Shown here in pieces: positions 37,601 through 52,474 of a stretch of DNA of 64,000 nt. Both the position numbers and the translations under genes were made by a program. The notes under the pieces are model-generated. The model was not told the origin of the DNA, did not search any database, and was given only the letters and a program-made list of their open reading frames with translations. How positions within the stretch are numbered: the first letter of the stretch is position 1; each line of letters starts with the position of its first letter. Source of the DNA: Auanema rhodensis (taxonomy: Eukaryota; Animalia; Nematoda); the NCBI GenBank assembly GCA_964057225.1, contig OZ059896.1:3224001-3288000 (forward strand). The letters run 5' to 3'.

Positions 37601-40600
37601 AAAATGATGCATTAGTGTATGTTGAGTTTCCATGTACACTCAACATTGCTTCCAAAAACATTTTGACAAAAATTTTTTCGAAAAATTTCAAAATAATTTA
37701 GCAAAAAGTAGATGTTTTTAGATTCCTTCTTTCAAGGCAAAAACGATGGACAATGTTATTCAACGAAAAAATTAATTCTTCAGGGTGAAAATCGAGGATA
37801 TAAGTGTGAACTTATATCAGTTGATATCTCGGTGCATTTTTAAGCTAGAGCAAATCTGATAACATAGATCGACGCAGCTTAAAAGTCCGCATCGAATGCA
37901 CTATACTACATTAAGAAAAGCTTAATACAAAAATTAGTTATGATCGTTTGAAAAATGATGCATTAGTGTATGTTGAGTTTCCATGTACACTCAAAATTGC
38001 TTCCAAAAACATTTTGACAAAAATGTTTTCGAAAAATTTCAAAATAATTTAGCAAAAAGTAGATGTTTTTAGATTCCTTTTTTCGAGGCAAAAACGATGG
38101 ACAATGTTATTCAACGAAAAAATTAATTCTTCAGGGTGAAAATCGAGGATATAAGTGTGAACTTATATCAGTTGATATCTCGGTGCATTTTTAAGCTAGC
38201 GCAAATCTGATAACACAGATCGAAGCAGCTTAAAAATCCGCATCGAATGCATTATACTACATAGAGAAACGCTCATCACAAAAATTAGTTATGATCGTTT
38301 GAAAAATGATGCATTAGTGTATGTTGAGTTTCCATGTACACTCAACATTGCTTCCAAAAACATTTTGACAAAACTTTTTCGAAAAATTTCAAAATAATTT
38401 CGCAAAAAGTAGATGTTTTTAGATTCCTTTTTTTGAGGCAAAAACGATGGACAATGTTATTCAACGAAAAAATTAATTCTTCAGGGTGAAAATCGAGGAT
38501 ATAAGTGTGAACTTATATCAGTTGATATCTCGGTGCATTTTTAAGCTAGCGCAAATCTGATAACACAGATCGAAGCAGCTTAAAAATCCGCATCGAATGC
38601 ACTATATTACATTGAGGAAAGCTTAATACAAAAATTAGTTATGATTGTTTGAAAAATGATGCATTAGTGTATGTTGAGTTTCCATGTACACTCAAAATTG
38701 CTTCCAAAAACATTTTGACAAAAATTTTTTCGAAAAATTTCAAAATAATTTAGCAAAAAGTAGATGTTTTTAGATTCCTTCTTTCAAGGCAAAAACGATG
38801 GACAATGTTATTCAACGAAAAAATTAATTCTTCAGGGTGAAAATCGAGGATATAAGTGTGAACTTATATCAGTTGATATCTCGGTGCATTTTTAAGCTAG
38901 CGCAAATCTGATAACACAGATCGACGCAGCTTAAAAAACACGCATCGAATGCATTATACTACATGGAGAAACGCTCATCACAAAAATTAGTTATGATCGT
39001 TTGAAAAATGATGCATTAGTGTATGTTGAGTTTCCATGTACACTCAAAATTGCTTCCAAAAACATTTTGACAAAAATTTTTTCGAAAAATTTCAAAATAA
39101 TTTCGCAAAAAGTAGATGTTTTTAGATTCCTTTTTTTGAGGCAAAAACGATGGACAATGTTATTCAACGAAAAAATTAATTCTTCAGGGTGAAAATCGAG
39201 GATATAAGTGTGAACTTATATCAGTTAATATCTCGGTGCATTTTTAAGCTAGCGCAAATCTGATAACACAGATCGACGCAGCTTAAAAAACACGCATCGA
39301 ATGCACTATATTACATTGAGAAAAGCTTAATACAAAAATTATTTATGATCGTTTGAAAAATGATGCATTAGTGTATGTTGAGTTTCCATGTACACTCAAA
39401 ATTGCTTCCAAAAACATTTTGACAAAAATTTTTTCGAAAAATTTCAAAATAATTTAGCAAAAAGTAGATGTTTTTAGATTCCTTTTTTCGAGGCAAAAAC
39501 GATGGACAATGTTATTCAACGAAAAAATTAATTCTTCAGGGTGAAAATCGAGGATATAAGTGTGAACTTATATCAGTTGATATCTCGGTGCATTTTTAAG
39601 CTAGCGCAAATCTGATAACACAGATCGAAGCAGCTTAAAAATCCGCATCGAATGCATTATACTACATAGAGAAACGCTCATCACAAAAATTAGTTATGAT
39701 CGTTTGAAAAATGATGCATTAGTGTATGTTGAGTTTCCATGTACACTCAACATTGCTTCCAAAAACATTTTGACAAAACTTTTTCGAAAAATTTCAAAAT
39801 AATTTCGCAAAAAGTAGATGTTTTTAGATTCCTTTTTTTGAGGCAAAAACGATGGACAATGTTATTCAACGAAAAAATTAATTCTTCAGGGTGAAAATCG
39901 AGGATATAAGTGTGAACTTATATCAGTTGATATCTCGGTGCATTTTTAAGCTAGCGCAAATCTGATAACACAGATCGAAGCAGCTTAAAAATCCGCATCG
40001 AATGCACTATATTACATTGAGGAAAGCTTAATACAAAAATTAGTTATGATTGTTTGAAAAATGATGCATTAGTGTATGTTGAGTTTCCATGTACACTCAA
40101 AATTGCTTCCAAAAACATTTTGACAAAAATTTTTTCGAAAAATTTCAAAATAATTTAGCAAAAAGTAGATGTTTTTAGATTCCTTCTTTCAAGGCAAAAA
40201 CGATGGACAATGTTATTCAACGAAAAAATTAATTCTTCAGGGTGAAAATCGAGGATATAAGTGTGAACTTATATCAGTTGATATCTCGGTGCATTTTTAA
40301 GCTAGCGCAAATCTGATAACACAGATCGACGCAGCTTAAAAAACACGCATCGAATGCATTATACTACATGGAGAAACGCTCATCACAAAAATTAGTTATG
40401 ATCGTTTGAAAAATGATGCATTAGTGTATGTTGAGTTTCCATGTACACTCAAAATTGCTTCCAAAAACATTTTGACAAAAATTTTTTCGAAAAATTTCAA
40501 AATAATTTCGCAAAAAGTAGATGTTTTTAGATTCCTTTTTTTGAGGCAAAAACGATGGACAATGTTATTCAACGAAAAAATTAATTCTTCAGGGTGAAAA

Positions 40601-43600
40601 TCGAGGATATAAGTGTGAACTTATATCAGTTAATATCTCGGTGCATTTTTAAGCTAGCGCAAATCTGATAACACAGATCGACGCAGCTTAAAAAACACGC
40701 ATCGAATGCACTATATTACATTGAGAAAAGCTTAATACAAAAATTATTTATGATCGTTTGAAAAATGATGCATTAGTGTATGTTGAGTTTCCATGTACAC
40801 TCAAAATTGCTTCCAAAAACATTTTGACAAAAATTTTTTCGAAAAATTTCAAAATAATTTAGCAAAAAGTAGATGTTTTTAGATTCCTTCTTTCAAAGCA
40901 AAAACGATGGACAATGTTATTCAACGAAAAAATTAATTCTTCAGGGTGAAAATCGAGGATATAAGTGTGAACTTATATCAGTTAATATCTCGGTGCATTT
41001 TTAAGCTAGCGCAAATCTGATAACACAGATCGACGCAGCTTAAAAATCCGCATCGAATGCACTATATTACATAGAGAAACGCTCAATACAAAAATTAGTT
41101 ATGATCGTTTGAAAAATGATGCATTAGTGTATGTTGAGTTTCCATGTACACTCAACATTGCTTCCAAAAACATTTTGACAAAAATTTTTTCGAAAAATTT
41201 CAAAATAATTTAGCAAAAAGTAGATGTTTTTAGATTCCTTCTTTCAAGGCAAAAACGATGGACAATGTTATTCAACGAAAAAATTAATTCTTCAGGGTGA
41301 AAATCGAGGATATAAGTGTGAACTTATATCAGTTGATATCTCGGTGCATTTTTAAGCTAGCGCAAATCTGATAACATAGATCGACGCAGCTTAAAAGTCC
41401 GCATCGAATGCACTATACTACATTAAGAAAAGCTTAATACAAAAATTAGTTATGATCGTTTGAAAAATGATGCATTAGTGTATGTTGAGTTTCCATGTAC
41501 ACTCAAAATTGCTTCCAAAAACATTTTGACAAAAATGTTTTCGAAAAATTTCAAAATAATTTAGCAAAAAGTAGATGTTTTTAGATTCCTTTTTTCGAGG
41601 CAAAAACGATGGACAATGTTATTCAACGAAAAAATTAATTCTTCAGGGTGAAAATCGAGGATATAAGTGTGAACTTATATCAGTTGATATCTCGGTGCAT
41701 TTTTAAGCTAGCGCAAATCTGATAACACAGATCGAAGCAGCTTAAAAATCCGCATCGAATGCATTATACTACATAGAGAAACGCTCATCACAAAAATTAG
41801 TTATGATCGTTTGAAAAATGATGCATTAGTGTATGTTGAGTTTCCATGTACACTCAACATTGCTTCCAAAAACATTTTGACAAAACTTTTTCGAAAAATT
41901 TCAAAATAATTTCGCAAAAAGTAGATGTTTTTAGATTCCTTTTTTTGAGGCAAAAACGATGGACAATGTTATTCAACGAAAAAATTAATTCTTCAGGGTG
42001 AAAATCGAGGATATAAGTGTGAACTTATATCAGTTGATATCTCGGTGCATTTTTAAGCTAGCGCAAATCTGATAACACAGATCGAAGCAGCTTAAAAATC
42101 CGCATCGAATGCACTATAATACATTAAGAAACGCTCAATACAAAAATTAGTTATGATCGTTTGAAAAATGATGCATTAGTGTATGTTGAGTTTCCATGTA
42201 CACTCAAAATTGCTTCCAAAAACATTTTGACAAAAGTTTTTTCGAAAAATTTCAAAATAATTTAGCAAAAAGTAGATGTTTTTAGATTCCTTTTTTCAAG
42301 GCAAAAACGATGGACAATGTTATTCAACGAAAAAATTAATTCTTCAGGGTGAAAATCGAGGATATAAGTGTGAACTTATATCAGTTGATATCTCGGTGCA
42401 TTTTTAAGCTAGCGCAAATCTGATAACACAGATCGAAGCAGCTTAAAAATCCGCATCGAATGCACTATAATACATTAAGAAACGCTCAATACAAAAATTA
42501 GTTATGATCGTTTGAAAAATGATGCATTAGTGTATGTTGAGTTTCCATGTACACTCAAAATTGCTTCCAAAAACATTTTGACAAAAATTTTTTCGAAAAA
42601 TTTCAAAATAATTTAGCAAAAAGTAGATGTTTTTAGATTCCTTTTTTCAAGGCAAAAACGATGGACAATGTTATTCAACGAAAAAATTAATTCTTCAGGG
42701 TGAAAATCGAGGATATAAGTGTGAACTTATATCAGTTGATATCTCGGTGCATTTTTAAGCTAGCGCAAATCTGATAACATAGATCGACGCAGCTTAAAAA
42801 TCCGCATCGAATGCACTATATTACATAGAGAAACGCTTAATACAAAAATTAGTTATGATCGTTTGAAAAATGATGCATTAGTGTATGTTGAGTTTCCATG
42901 TACACTCAACATTGCTTCCAAAAACATTTTGACAAAACTTTTTCGAAAAATTTCAAAATAATTTAGCAAAAAGTAGATGTTTTTAGATTCCTTATTTCGA
43001 GGCAAAAACGATGGACAATGTTATTCAACGAAAAAATTAATTCTTCAGGGTGAAAATCGAGGATATAAGTGTGAACTTATATCAGTTGATATCTCGGTGC
43101 ATTTTTAAGCTAGCGCAAATCTGATAACACAGATCGACGCAGCTTAAAAAACACGCATCGAATGCATTATACTACATGGAGAAACGCTCATCACAAAAAT
43201 TAGTTATGATCGTTTGAAAAATGATGCATTAGTGTATGTTGAGTTTCCATGTACACTCAAAATTGCTTCCAAAAACATTTTGACAAAAATTTTTTCGAAA
43301 AATTTCAAAATAATTTCGCAAAAAGTAGATGTTTTTAGATTCCTTTTTTTGAGGCAAAAACGATGGACAATGTTATTCAACGAAAAAATTAATTCTTCAG
43401 GGTGAAAATCGAGGATATAAGTGTGAACTTATATCAGTTAATATCTCGGTGCATTTTTAAGCTAGCGCAAATCTGATAACACAGATCGACGCAGCTTAAA
43501 AAACACGCATCGAATGCACTATATTACATTGAGAAAAGCTTAATACAAAAATTATTTATGATCGTTTGAAAAATGATGCATTAGTGTATGTTGAGTTTCC

Positions 43601-45245
43601 ATGTACACTCAAAATTGCTTCCAAAAACATTTTGACAAAAATTTTTTCGAAAAATTTCAAAATAATTTAGCAAAAAGTAGATGTTTTTAGATTCCTTCTT
43701 TCAAAGCAAAAACGATGGACAATGTTATTCAACGAAAAAATTAATTCTTCAGGGTGAAAATCGAGGATATAAGTGTGAACTTATATCAGTTAATATCTCG
43801 GTGCATTTTTAAGCTAGCGCAAATCTGATAACACAGATCGACGCAGCTTAAAAATCCGCATCGAATGCACTATATTACATAGAGAAATGCTCAATACAAA
43901 AATTAGTTATGATCGTTTGAAAAATGATGCATTAGTGTATGTTGAGTTTCCATGTACACTCAACATTGCTTCCAAAAACATTTTGACAAAAATTTTTTCG
44001 AAAAATTTCAAAATAATTTAGCAAAAAGTAGATGTTTTTAGATTCCTTCTTTCAAGGCAAAAACGATGGACAATGTTATTCAACGAAAAAATTAATTCTT
44101 CAGGGTGAAAATCGAGGATATAAGTGTGAACTTATATCAGTTGATATCTCGGTGCATTTTTAAGCTAGCGCAAATCTGATAACATAGATCGACGCAGCTT
44201 AAAAGTCCGCATCGAATGCACTATACTACATTAAGAAAAGCTTAATACAAAAATTAGTTATGATCGTTTGAAAAATGATGCATTAGTGTATGTTGAGTTT
44301 CCATGTACACTCAAAATTGCTTCCAAAAACATTTTGACAAAAATGTTTTCGAAAAATTTCAAAATAATTTAGCAAAAAGTAGATGTTTTTAGATTCCTTT
44401 TTTCGAGGCAAAAACGATGGACAATGTTATTCAACGAAAAAATTAATTCTTCAGGGTGAAAATCGAGGATATAAGTGTGAACTTATATCAGTTGATATCT
44501 CGGTGCATTTTTAAGCTAGCGCAAATCTGATAACACAGATCGAAGCAGCTTAAAAATCCGCATCGAATGCATTATACTACATAGAGAAACGCTCATCACA
44601 AAAATTAGTTATGATCGTTTGAAAAATGATGCATTAGTGTATGTTGAGTTTCCATGTACACTCAACATTGCTTCCAAAAACATTTTGACAAAACTTTTTC
44701 GAAAAATTTCAAAATAATTTCGCAAAAAGTAGATGTTTTTAGATTCCTTTTTTTGAGGCAAAAACGATGGACAATGTTATTCAACGAAAAAATTAATTCT
44801 TCAGGGTGAAAATCGAGGATATAAGTGTGAACTTATATCAGTTGATATCTCGGTGCATTTTTAAGCTAGCGCAAATCTGATAACACAGATCGAAGCAGCT
44901 TAAAAATCCGCATCGAATGCACTATAATACATTAAGAAACGCTCAATACAAAAATTAGTTATGATCGTTTGAAAAATGATGCATTAGTGTATGTTGAGTT
45001 TCCATGTACACTCAAAATTGCTTCCAAAAACATTTTGACAAAAATTTTTTCGAAAAATTTCAAAATAATTTAGCAAAAAGTAGATGTTTTTAGATTCCTT
45101 TTTTCAAGGCAAAAACGATGGACAATGTTATTCAACGAAAAAATTAATTCTTCAGGGTGAAAATCGAGGATATAAGTGTGAACTTATATCAGTTGATATC
45201 TCGGTGCATTTTTAAGCTAGCGCAAATCTGATAACACAGATCGAC

Positions 45246-48200
45246 GCAGCTTAAAAATCCGCATCGAATGCACTATATTACATTGAGGAAAGCTTAATAC
45301 AAAAATTAGTTATGATTGTTTGAAAAATGATGCATTAGTGTATGTTGAGTTTCCATGTACACTCAACATTGCTTCCAAAAACATTTTGACAAAACTTTTT
45401 CGAAAAATTTCAAAATAATTTCGCAAAAAGTAGATGTTTTTAGATTCCTTTTTTTGAGGCAAAAACGATGGACAATGTTATTCAACGAAAAAATTAATTC
45501 TTCAGGGTGAAAATCGAGGATATAAGTGTGAACTTATATCAGTTGATATCTCGGTGCATTTTTAAGCTAGCGCAAATCTGATAACACAGATCGAAGCAGC
45601 TTAAAAATCCGCATCGAATGCATTATACTACATAGAGAAACGCTCATCACAAAAATTAGTTATGATCGTTTGAAAAATGATGCATTAGTGTATGTTGAGT
45701 TTCCATGTACACTCAACATTGCTTCCAAAAACATTTTGACAAAACTTTTTCGAAAAATTTCAAAATAATTTCGCAAAAAGTAGATGTTTTTAGATTCCTT
45801 TTTTTGAGGCAAAAACGATGGACAATGTTATTCAACGAAAAAATTAATTCTTCAGGGTGAAAATCGAGGATATAAGTGTGAACTTATATCAGTTGATATC
45901 TCGGTGCATTTTTAAGCTAGCGCAAATCTGATAACACAGATCGAAGCAGCTTAAAAATCCGCATCGAATGCACTATAATACATTAAGAAACGCTCAATAC
46001 AAAAATTAGTTATGATCGTTTGAAAAATGATGCATTAGTGTATGTTGAGTTTCCATGTACACTCAAAATTGCTTCCAAAAACATTTTGACAAAAATTTTT
46101 TCGAAAAATTTCAAAATAATTTAGCAAAAAGTAGATGTTTTTAGATTCCTTTTTTCAAGGCAAAAACGATGGACAATGTTATTCAACGAAAAAATTAATT
46201 CTTCAGGGTGAAAATCGAGGATATAAGTGTGAACTTATATCAGTTGATATCTCGGTGCATTTTTAAGCTAGCGCAAATCTGATAACATAGATCGACGCAG
46301 CTTAAAAATCCGCATCGAATGCACTATATTACATAGAGAAACGCTTAATACAAAAATTAGTTATGATCGTTTGAAAAATGATGCATTAGTGTATGTTGAG
46401 TTTCCATGTACACTCAACATTGCTTCCAAAAACATTTTGACAAAAATTTTTTCGAAAAATTTCAAAATAATTTAGCAAAAAGTAGATGTTTTTAGATTCC
46501 TTTTTTCAAGGCAAAAACGATGGACAATGTTATTCAACGAAAAAATTAATTCTTCAGGGTGAAAATCGAGGATATAAGTGTGAACTTATATCAGTTGATA
46601 TCTCGGTGCATTTTTAAGCTAGCGCAAATCTGATAACACAGATCGACGCAGCTTAAAAATCCGCATCGAATGCACTATATTACATTGAGGAAAGCTTAAT
46701 ACAAAAATTAGTTATGATTGTTTGAAAAATGATGCATTAGTGTATGTTGAGTTTCCATGTACACTCAAAATTGCTTCCAAAAACATTTTGACAAAAATTT
46801 TTTCGAAAAATTTCAAAATAATTTAGCAAGAAGTAGATGTTTTTAGATTCCTTCTTTCAAGGCAAAAACGATGGACAATGTTATTCAACGAAAAAATTAA
46901 TTCTTCAGGGTGAAAATCGAGGATATAAGTGTGAACTTATATCAGTTGATATCTCGGCGCATTTTTAAGCTAGCGCAAATCTAATAACACAGATCGAAGC
47001 AGCTTAAAAATCCGCATCGAATGCACTATATTACATTGAGGAAAGCTTAATACAAAAATTAGTTATGATTGTTTGAAAAATGATGCATTAGTGTATGTTG
47101 AGTTTCCATGTACACTCAAAATTGCTTCCAAAAACATTTTGACAAAAATTTTTTCGAAAAATTTCAAAATAATTTAGCAAGAAGTAGATGTTTTTAGATT
47201 CCTTCTTTCAAGGCAAAAACGATGGACAATGTTATTCAACGAAAAAATTAATTCTTCAGGGTGAAAATCGAGGATATAAGTGTGAACTTATATCAGTTGA
47301 TATCTCGGCGCATTTTTAAGCTAGCGCAAATCTAATAACACAGATCGAAGCAGCTTAAAAATCCGCATCGAATGCACTATATTACATTGAGGAAAGCTTA
47401 ATACAAAAATTAGTCATGATTGTTTGAAAAATGATGCATTAGTGTATGTTGAGTTTCCATGTACACTCAAAATTGCTTCCAAAAACATTTTGACAAAAAT
47501 TTTTTCGAAAAATTTCAAAATAATTTAGCAAAAAGTAGATGTTTTTAGATTCCTTCTTTCAAGGCAAAAACGATGGACAATGTTATTCAACGAAAAAATT
47601 AATTCTTCAGGGTGAAAATCGAGGATATAAGTGTGAACTTATATCAGTTGATATCTCGGTGCATTTTTAAGCTAGCGCAAATCTAATAACACAGATCGAA
47701 GCAGCTTAAAAATCCGCATCGAATGCACTATATTACATTGAGGAAAGCTTAATACAAAAATTAGTTATGATTGTTTGAAAAATGATGCATTAGTGTATGT
47801 TGAGTTTCCATGTACACTCAACATTGCTTCCAAAAACATTTTGACAAAACTTTTTCGAAAAATTTCAAAATAATTTCGCAAAAAGTAGATGTTTTTAGAT
47901 TCCTTTTTTTGAGGCAAAAACGATGGACAATGTTATTCAACGAAAAAATTAATTCTTCAGGGTGAAAATCGAGGATATAAGTGTGAACTTATATCAGTTG
48001 ATATCTCGGTGCATTTTTAAGCTAGCGCAAATCTGATAACACAGATCGAAGCAGCTTAAAAATCCGCATCGAATGCATTATACTACATAGAGAAACGCTC
48101 ATCACAAAAATTAGTTATGATCGTTTGAAAAATGATGCATTAGTGTATGTTGAGTTTCCATGTACACTCAACATTGCTTCCAAAAACATTTTGACAAAAC

Positions 48201-50277
48201 TTTTTCGAAAAATTTCAAAATAATTTCGCAAAAAGTAGATGTTTTTAGATTCCTTTTTTTGAGGCAAAAACGATGGACAATGTTATTCAACGAAAAAATT
48301 AATTCTTCAGGGTGAAAATCGAGGATATAAGTGTGAACTTATATCAGTTGATATCTCGGTGCATTTTTAAGCTAGCGCAAATCTGATAACACAGATCGAA
48401 GCAGCTTAAAAATCCGCATCGAATGCACTATAATACATTAAGAAACGCTCAATACAAAAATTAGTTATGATCGTTTGAAAAATGATGCATTAGTGTATGT
48501 TGAGTTTCCATGTACACTCAAAATTGCTTCCAAAAACATTTTGACAAAAATTTTTTCGAAAAATTTCAAAATAATTTAGCAAAAAGTAGATGTTTTTAGA
48601 TTCCTTTTTTCAAGGCAAAAACGATGGACAATGTTATTCAACGAAAAAATTAATTCTTCAGGGTGAAAATCGAGGATATAAGTGTGAACTTATATCAGTT
48701 GATATCTCGGTGCATTTTTAAGCTAGCGCAAATCTGATAACATAGATCGACGCAGCTTAAAAATCCGCATCGAATGCACTATATTACATAGAGAAACGCT
48801 TAATACAAAAATTAGTTATGATCGTTTGAAAAATGATGCATTAGTGTATGTTGAGTTTCCATGTACACTCAACATTGCTTCCAAAAACATTTTGACAAAA
48901 ATTTTTTCGAAAAATTTCAAAATAATTTAGCAAAAAGTAGATGTTTTTAGATTCCTTTTTTCAAGGCAAAAACGATGGACAATGTTATTCAACGAAAAAA
49001 TTAATTCTTCAGGGTGAAAATCGAGGATATAAGTGTGAACTTATATCAGTTGATATCTCGGTGCATTTTTAAGCTAGCGCAAATCTGATAACACAGATCG
49101 ACGCAGCTTAAAAATCCGCATCGAATGCACTATATTACATTGAGGAAAGCTTAATACAAAAATTAGTTATGATTGTTTGAAAAATGATGCATTAGTGTAT
49201 GTTGAGTTTCCATGTACACTCAAAATTGCTTCCAAAAACATTTTGACAAAAATTTTTTCGAAAAATTTCAAAATAATTTAGCAAGAAGTAGATGTTTTTA
49301 GATTCCTTCTTTCAAGGCAAAAACGATGGACAATGTTATTCAACGAAAAAATTAATTCTTCAGGGTGAAAATCGAGGATATAAGTGTGAACTTATATCAG
49401 TTGATATCTCGGCGCATTTTTAAGCTAGCGCAAATCTAATAACACAGATCGAAGCAGCTTAAAAATCCGCATCGAATGCACTATATTACATTGAGGAAAG
49501 CTTAATACAAAAATTAGTTATGATTGTTTGAAAAATGATGCATTAGTGTATGTTGAGTTTCCATGTACACTCAAAATTGCTTCCAAAAACATTTTGACAA
49601 AAATTTTTTCGAAAAATTTCAAAATAATTTAGCAAGAAGTAGATGTTTTTAGATTCCTTCTTTCAAGGCAAAAACGATGGACAATGTTATTCAACGAAAA
49701 AATTAATTCTTCAGGGTGAAAATCGAGGATATAAGTGTGAACTTATATCAGTTGATATCTCGGCGCATTTTTAAGCTAGCGCAAATCTAATAACACAGAT
49801 CGAAGCAGCTTAAAAATCCGCATCGAATGCACTATATTACATTGAGGAAAGCTTAATACAAAAATTAGTCATGATTGTTTGAAAAATGATGCATTAGTGT
49901 ATGTTGAGTTTCCATGTACACTCAAAATTGCTTCCAAAAACATTTTGACAAAAATTTTTTCGAAAAATTTCAAAATAATTTAGCAAAAAGTAGATGTTTT
50001 TAGATTCCTTCTTTCAAGGCAAAAACGATGGACAATGTTATTCAACGAAAAAATTAATTCTTCAGGGTGAAAATCGAGGATATAAGTGTGAACTTATATC
50101 AGTTGATATCTCGGTGCATTTTTAAGCTAGCGCAAATCTAATAACACAGATCGAAGCAGCTTAAAAATCCGCATCGAATGCACTATATTACATTGAGGAA
50201 AGCTTAATACAAAAATTAGTTATGATTGTTTGAAAAATGATGCATTAGTGTATGTTGAGTTTCCATGTACACTCAAA
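45246..50277 (+). repeat. 7-mer tandem duplication (2455 bp x2)
   Basis: ggcgc variant at 46956/49411, tagtcatg at 47411/49866, and agcaagaag in register. Confidence 0.88.
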
Positions 50278-52474
50278 ATTGCTTCCAAAAACATTTTGAC
50301 AAAAATTTTTTCGAAAAATTTCAAAATAATTTAGCAAAAAGTAGATGTTTTTAGATTTCTTTTTTCGAGGCAAAAACGATGGACAATGTTATTCAACGAA
50401 AAAATTAATTCTTCAGGGTGAAAATCGAGGATATAAGTGTGAACTTATATCAGTTGATATCTCGGTGCATTTTTAAGCTAGCGCAAATCTGATAACACAG
50501 ATCGAAGCAGCTTAAAAATCCGCATCGAATGCACTATAATACATTAAGAAACGCTCAATACAAAAATTAGTTATGATCGTTTGAAAAATGATGCATTAGT
50601 GTATGTTGAGTTTCCATGTACACTCAAAATTGCTTCCAAAAACATTTTGACAAAAATGTTTTCGAAAAATTTCAAAATAATTTAGCAAAAAGTAGATGTT
50701 TTTAGATTCCTTTTTTCAAGGCAAAAACGATGGACAATGTTATTCAACGAAAAAATTAATTCTTCAGGGTGAAAATCGAGGATATAAGTGTGAACTTATA
50801 TCAGTTGATATCTCGGTGCATTTTTAAGCTAGCGCAAATCTGATAACACAGATCGACGCAGCTTAAAAATCCGCATCGAATGCACTATATTACATTGAGG
50901 AAAGCTTAATACAAAAATTAGTTATGATTGTTTGAAAAATGATGCATTAGTGTATGTTGAGTTTCCATGTACACTCAAAATTGCTTCCAAAAACATTTTG
51001 ACAAAAATTTTTTCGAAAAATTTCAAAATAATTTAGCAAAAAGTAGATGTTTTTAGATTCCTTCTTTCGAGGCAAAAACGATGGACAATGTTATTCAACG
51101 AAAAAATTAATTCTTCAGGGTGAAAATCGAGGATATAAGTGTGAACTTATATCAGTTGATATCTCGGTGCATTTTTAAGCTAGCGCAAATCTGATAACAC
51201 AGATCGACGCAGCTTAAAAATCCGCATCGAATGCATTATACTACATGGAGAAACGCTCATCACAAAAATTAGTTATGATCGTTTGAAAAATGATGCATTA
51301 GTGTATGTTGAGTTTCCATGTACACTCAACATTGCTTCCAAAAACATTTTGACAAAATTTTTTCGAAAAATTTCAAAATAATTTCGCAAAAAGTAGATGT
51401 TTTTAGATTCCTTTTTTTGAGGCAAAAACGATGGACAATGTTATTCAACGAAAAAATTAATTCTTCAGGGTGAAAATCGAGGATATAAGTGTGAACTTAT
51501 ATCAGTTAATATCTCGGTGCATTTTTAAGCTAGCGCAAATCTGATAACACAGATCGACGCAGCTTAAAAAACCGCATCGAATGCACTATATTACTTTGAG
51601 AAAAGCTTAATACAAAAATTAGTTATGATCGTTTGAAAAATGATGCATTAGTGTATGTTGAGTTTCCATGTACACTCAAAATTGCTTCCAAAAACATTTT
51701 GACAAAAATTTTTTCGAAAAATTTCAAAATAATTTAGCAAAAAAATAGATGTTTTTAGATTCCTTTTTTTAAAGCAAAAACGATGGACAATGTTATTCAA
51801 CGAAAAAATTAATTCTTCAGGGTGAAAATCGAGGATATAAGTGTGAACTTATATCAGTTAATATCTCGGTGCATTTTTAAGCTAGCGCAAATCTGATAAC
51901 ACAGATCGACGCAGCTTAAAAATCCGCATCGATTGCACTATATTACATAGAGAAACGCTCAATACAAAAATTAGTTATGATCGTTTGAAAAATGATGCAT
52001 TAGTGTATGTTGAGTTTCCATGTACACTCAAAATTGCTTCCAAAAACATTTTGACAAAAATTTTTTCGAAAAATTTCAAAATAATTTAGCAAAAAGTAGA
52101 TGTTTTTAGATTCCTTCTTTCAAGGCAAAAACGATGGACAATGTTATTCAACGAAAAAATTAATTCTTCAGGGTGAAAATCGAGGATATAAGTGTGAACT
52201 TATATCAGTTGATATCTCGGTGCATTTTTAAGCTAGCGCAAATCTGATAACACAGATCGAAGCAGCTTAAAAATCCGCATCGAATGCATTATACTACATG
52301 GAGAAACGCTCATCACAAAAATTAGTTATGATCGTTTGAAAAATGATGCATTAGTGTATGTTGAGTTTCCATGTACACTCAACATTGCTTCCAAAAACAT
52401 TTTGACAAAATTTTTTCGAAAAATTTCAAAATAATTTCGCAAAAAGTAGATGTTTTTAGATTCCTTTTTTTGAG

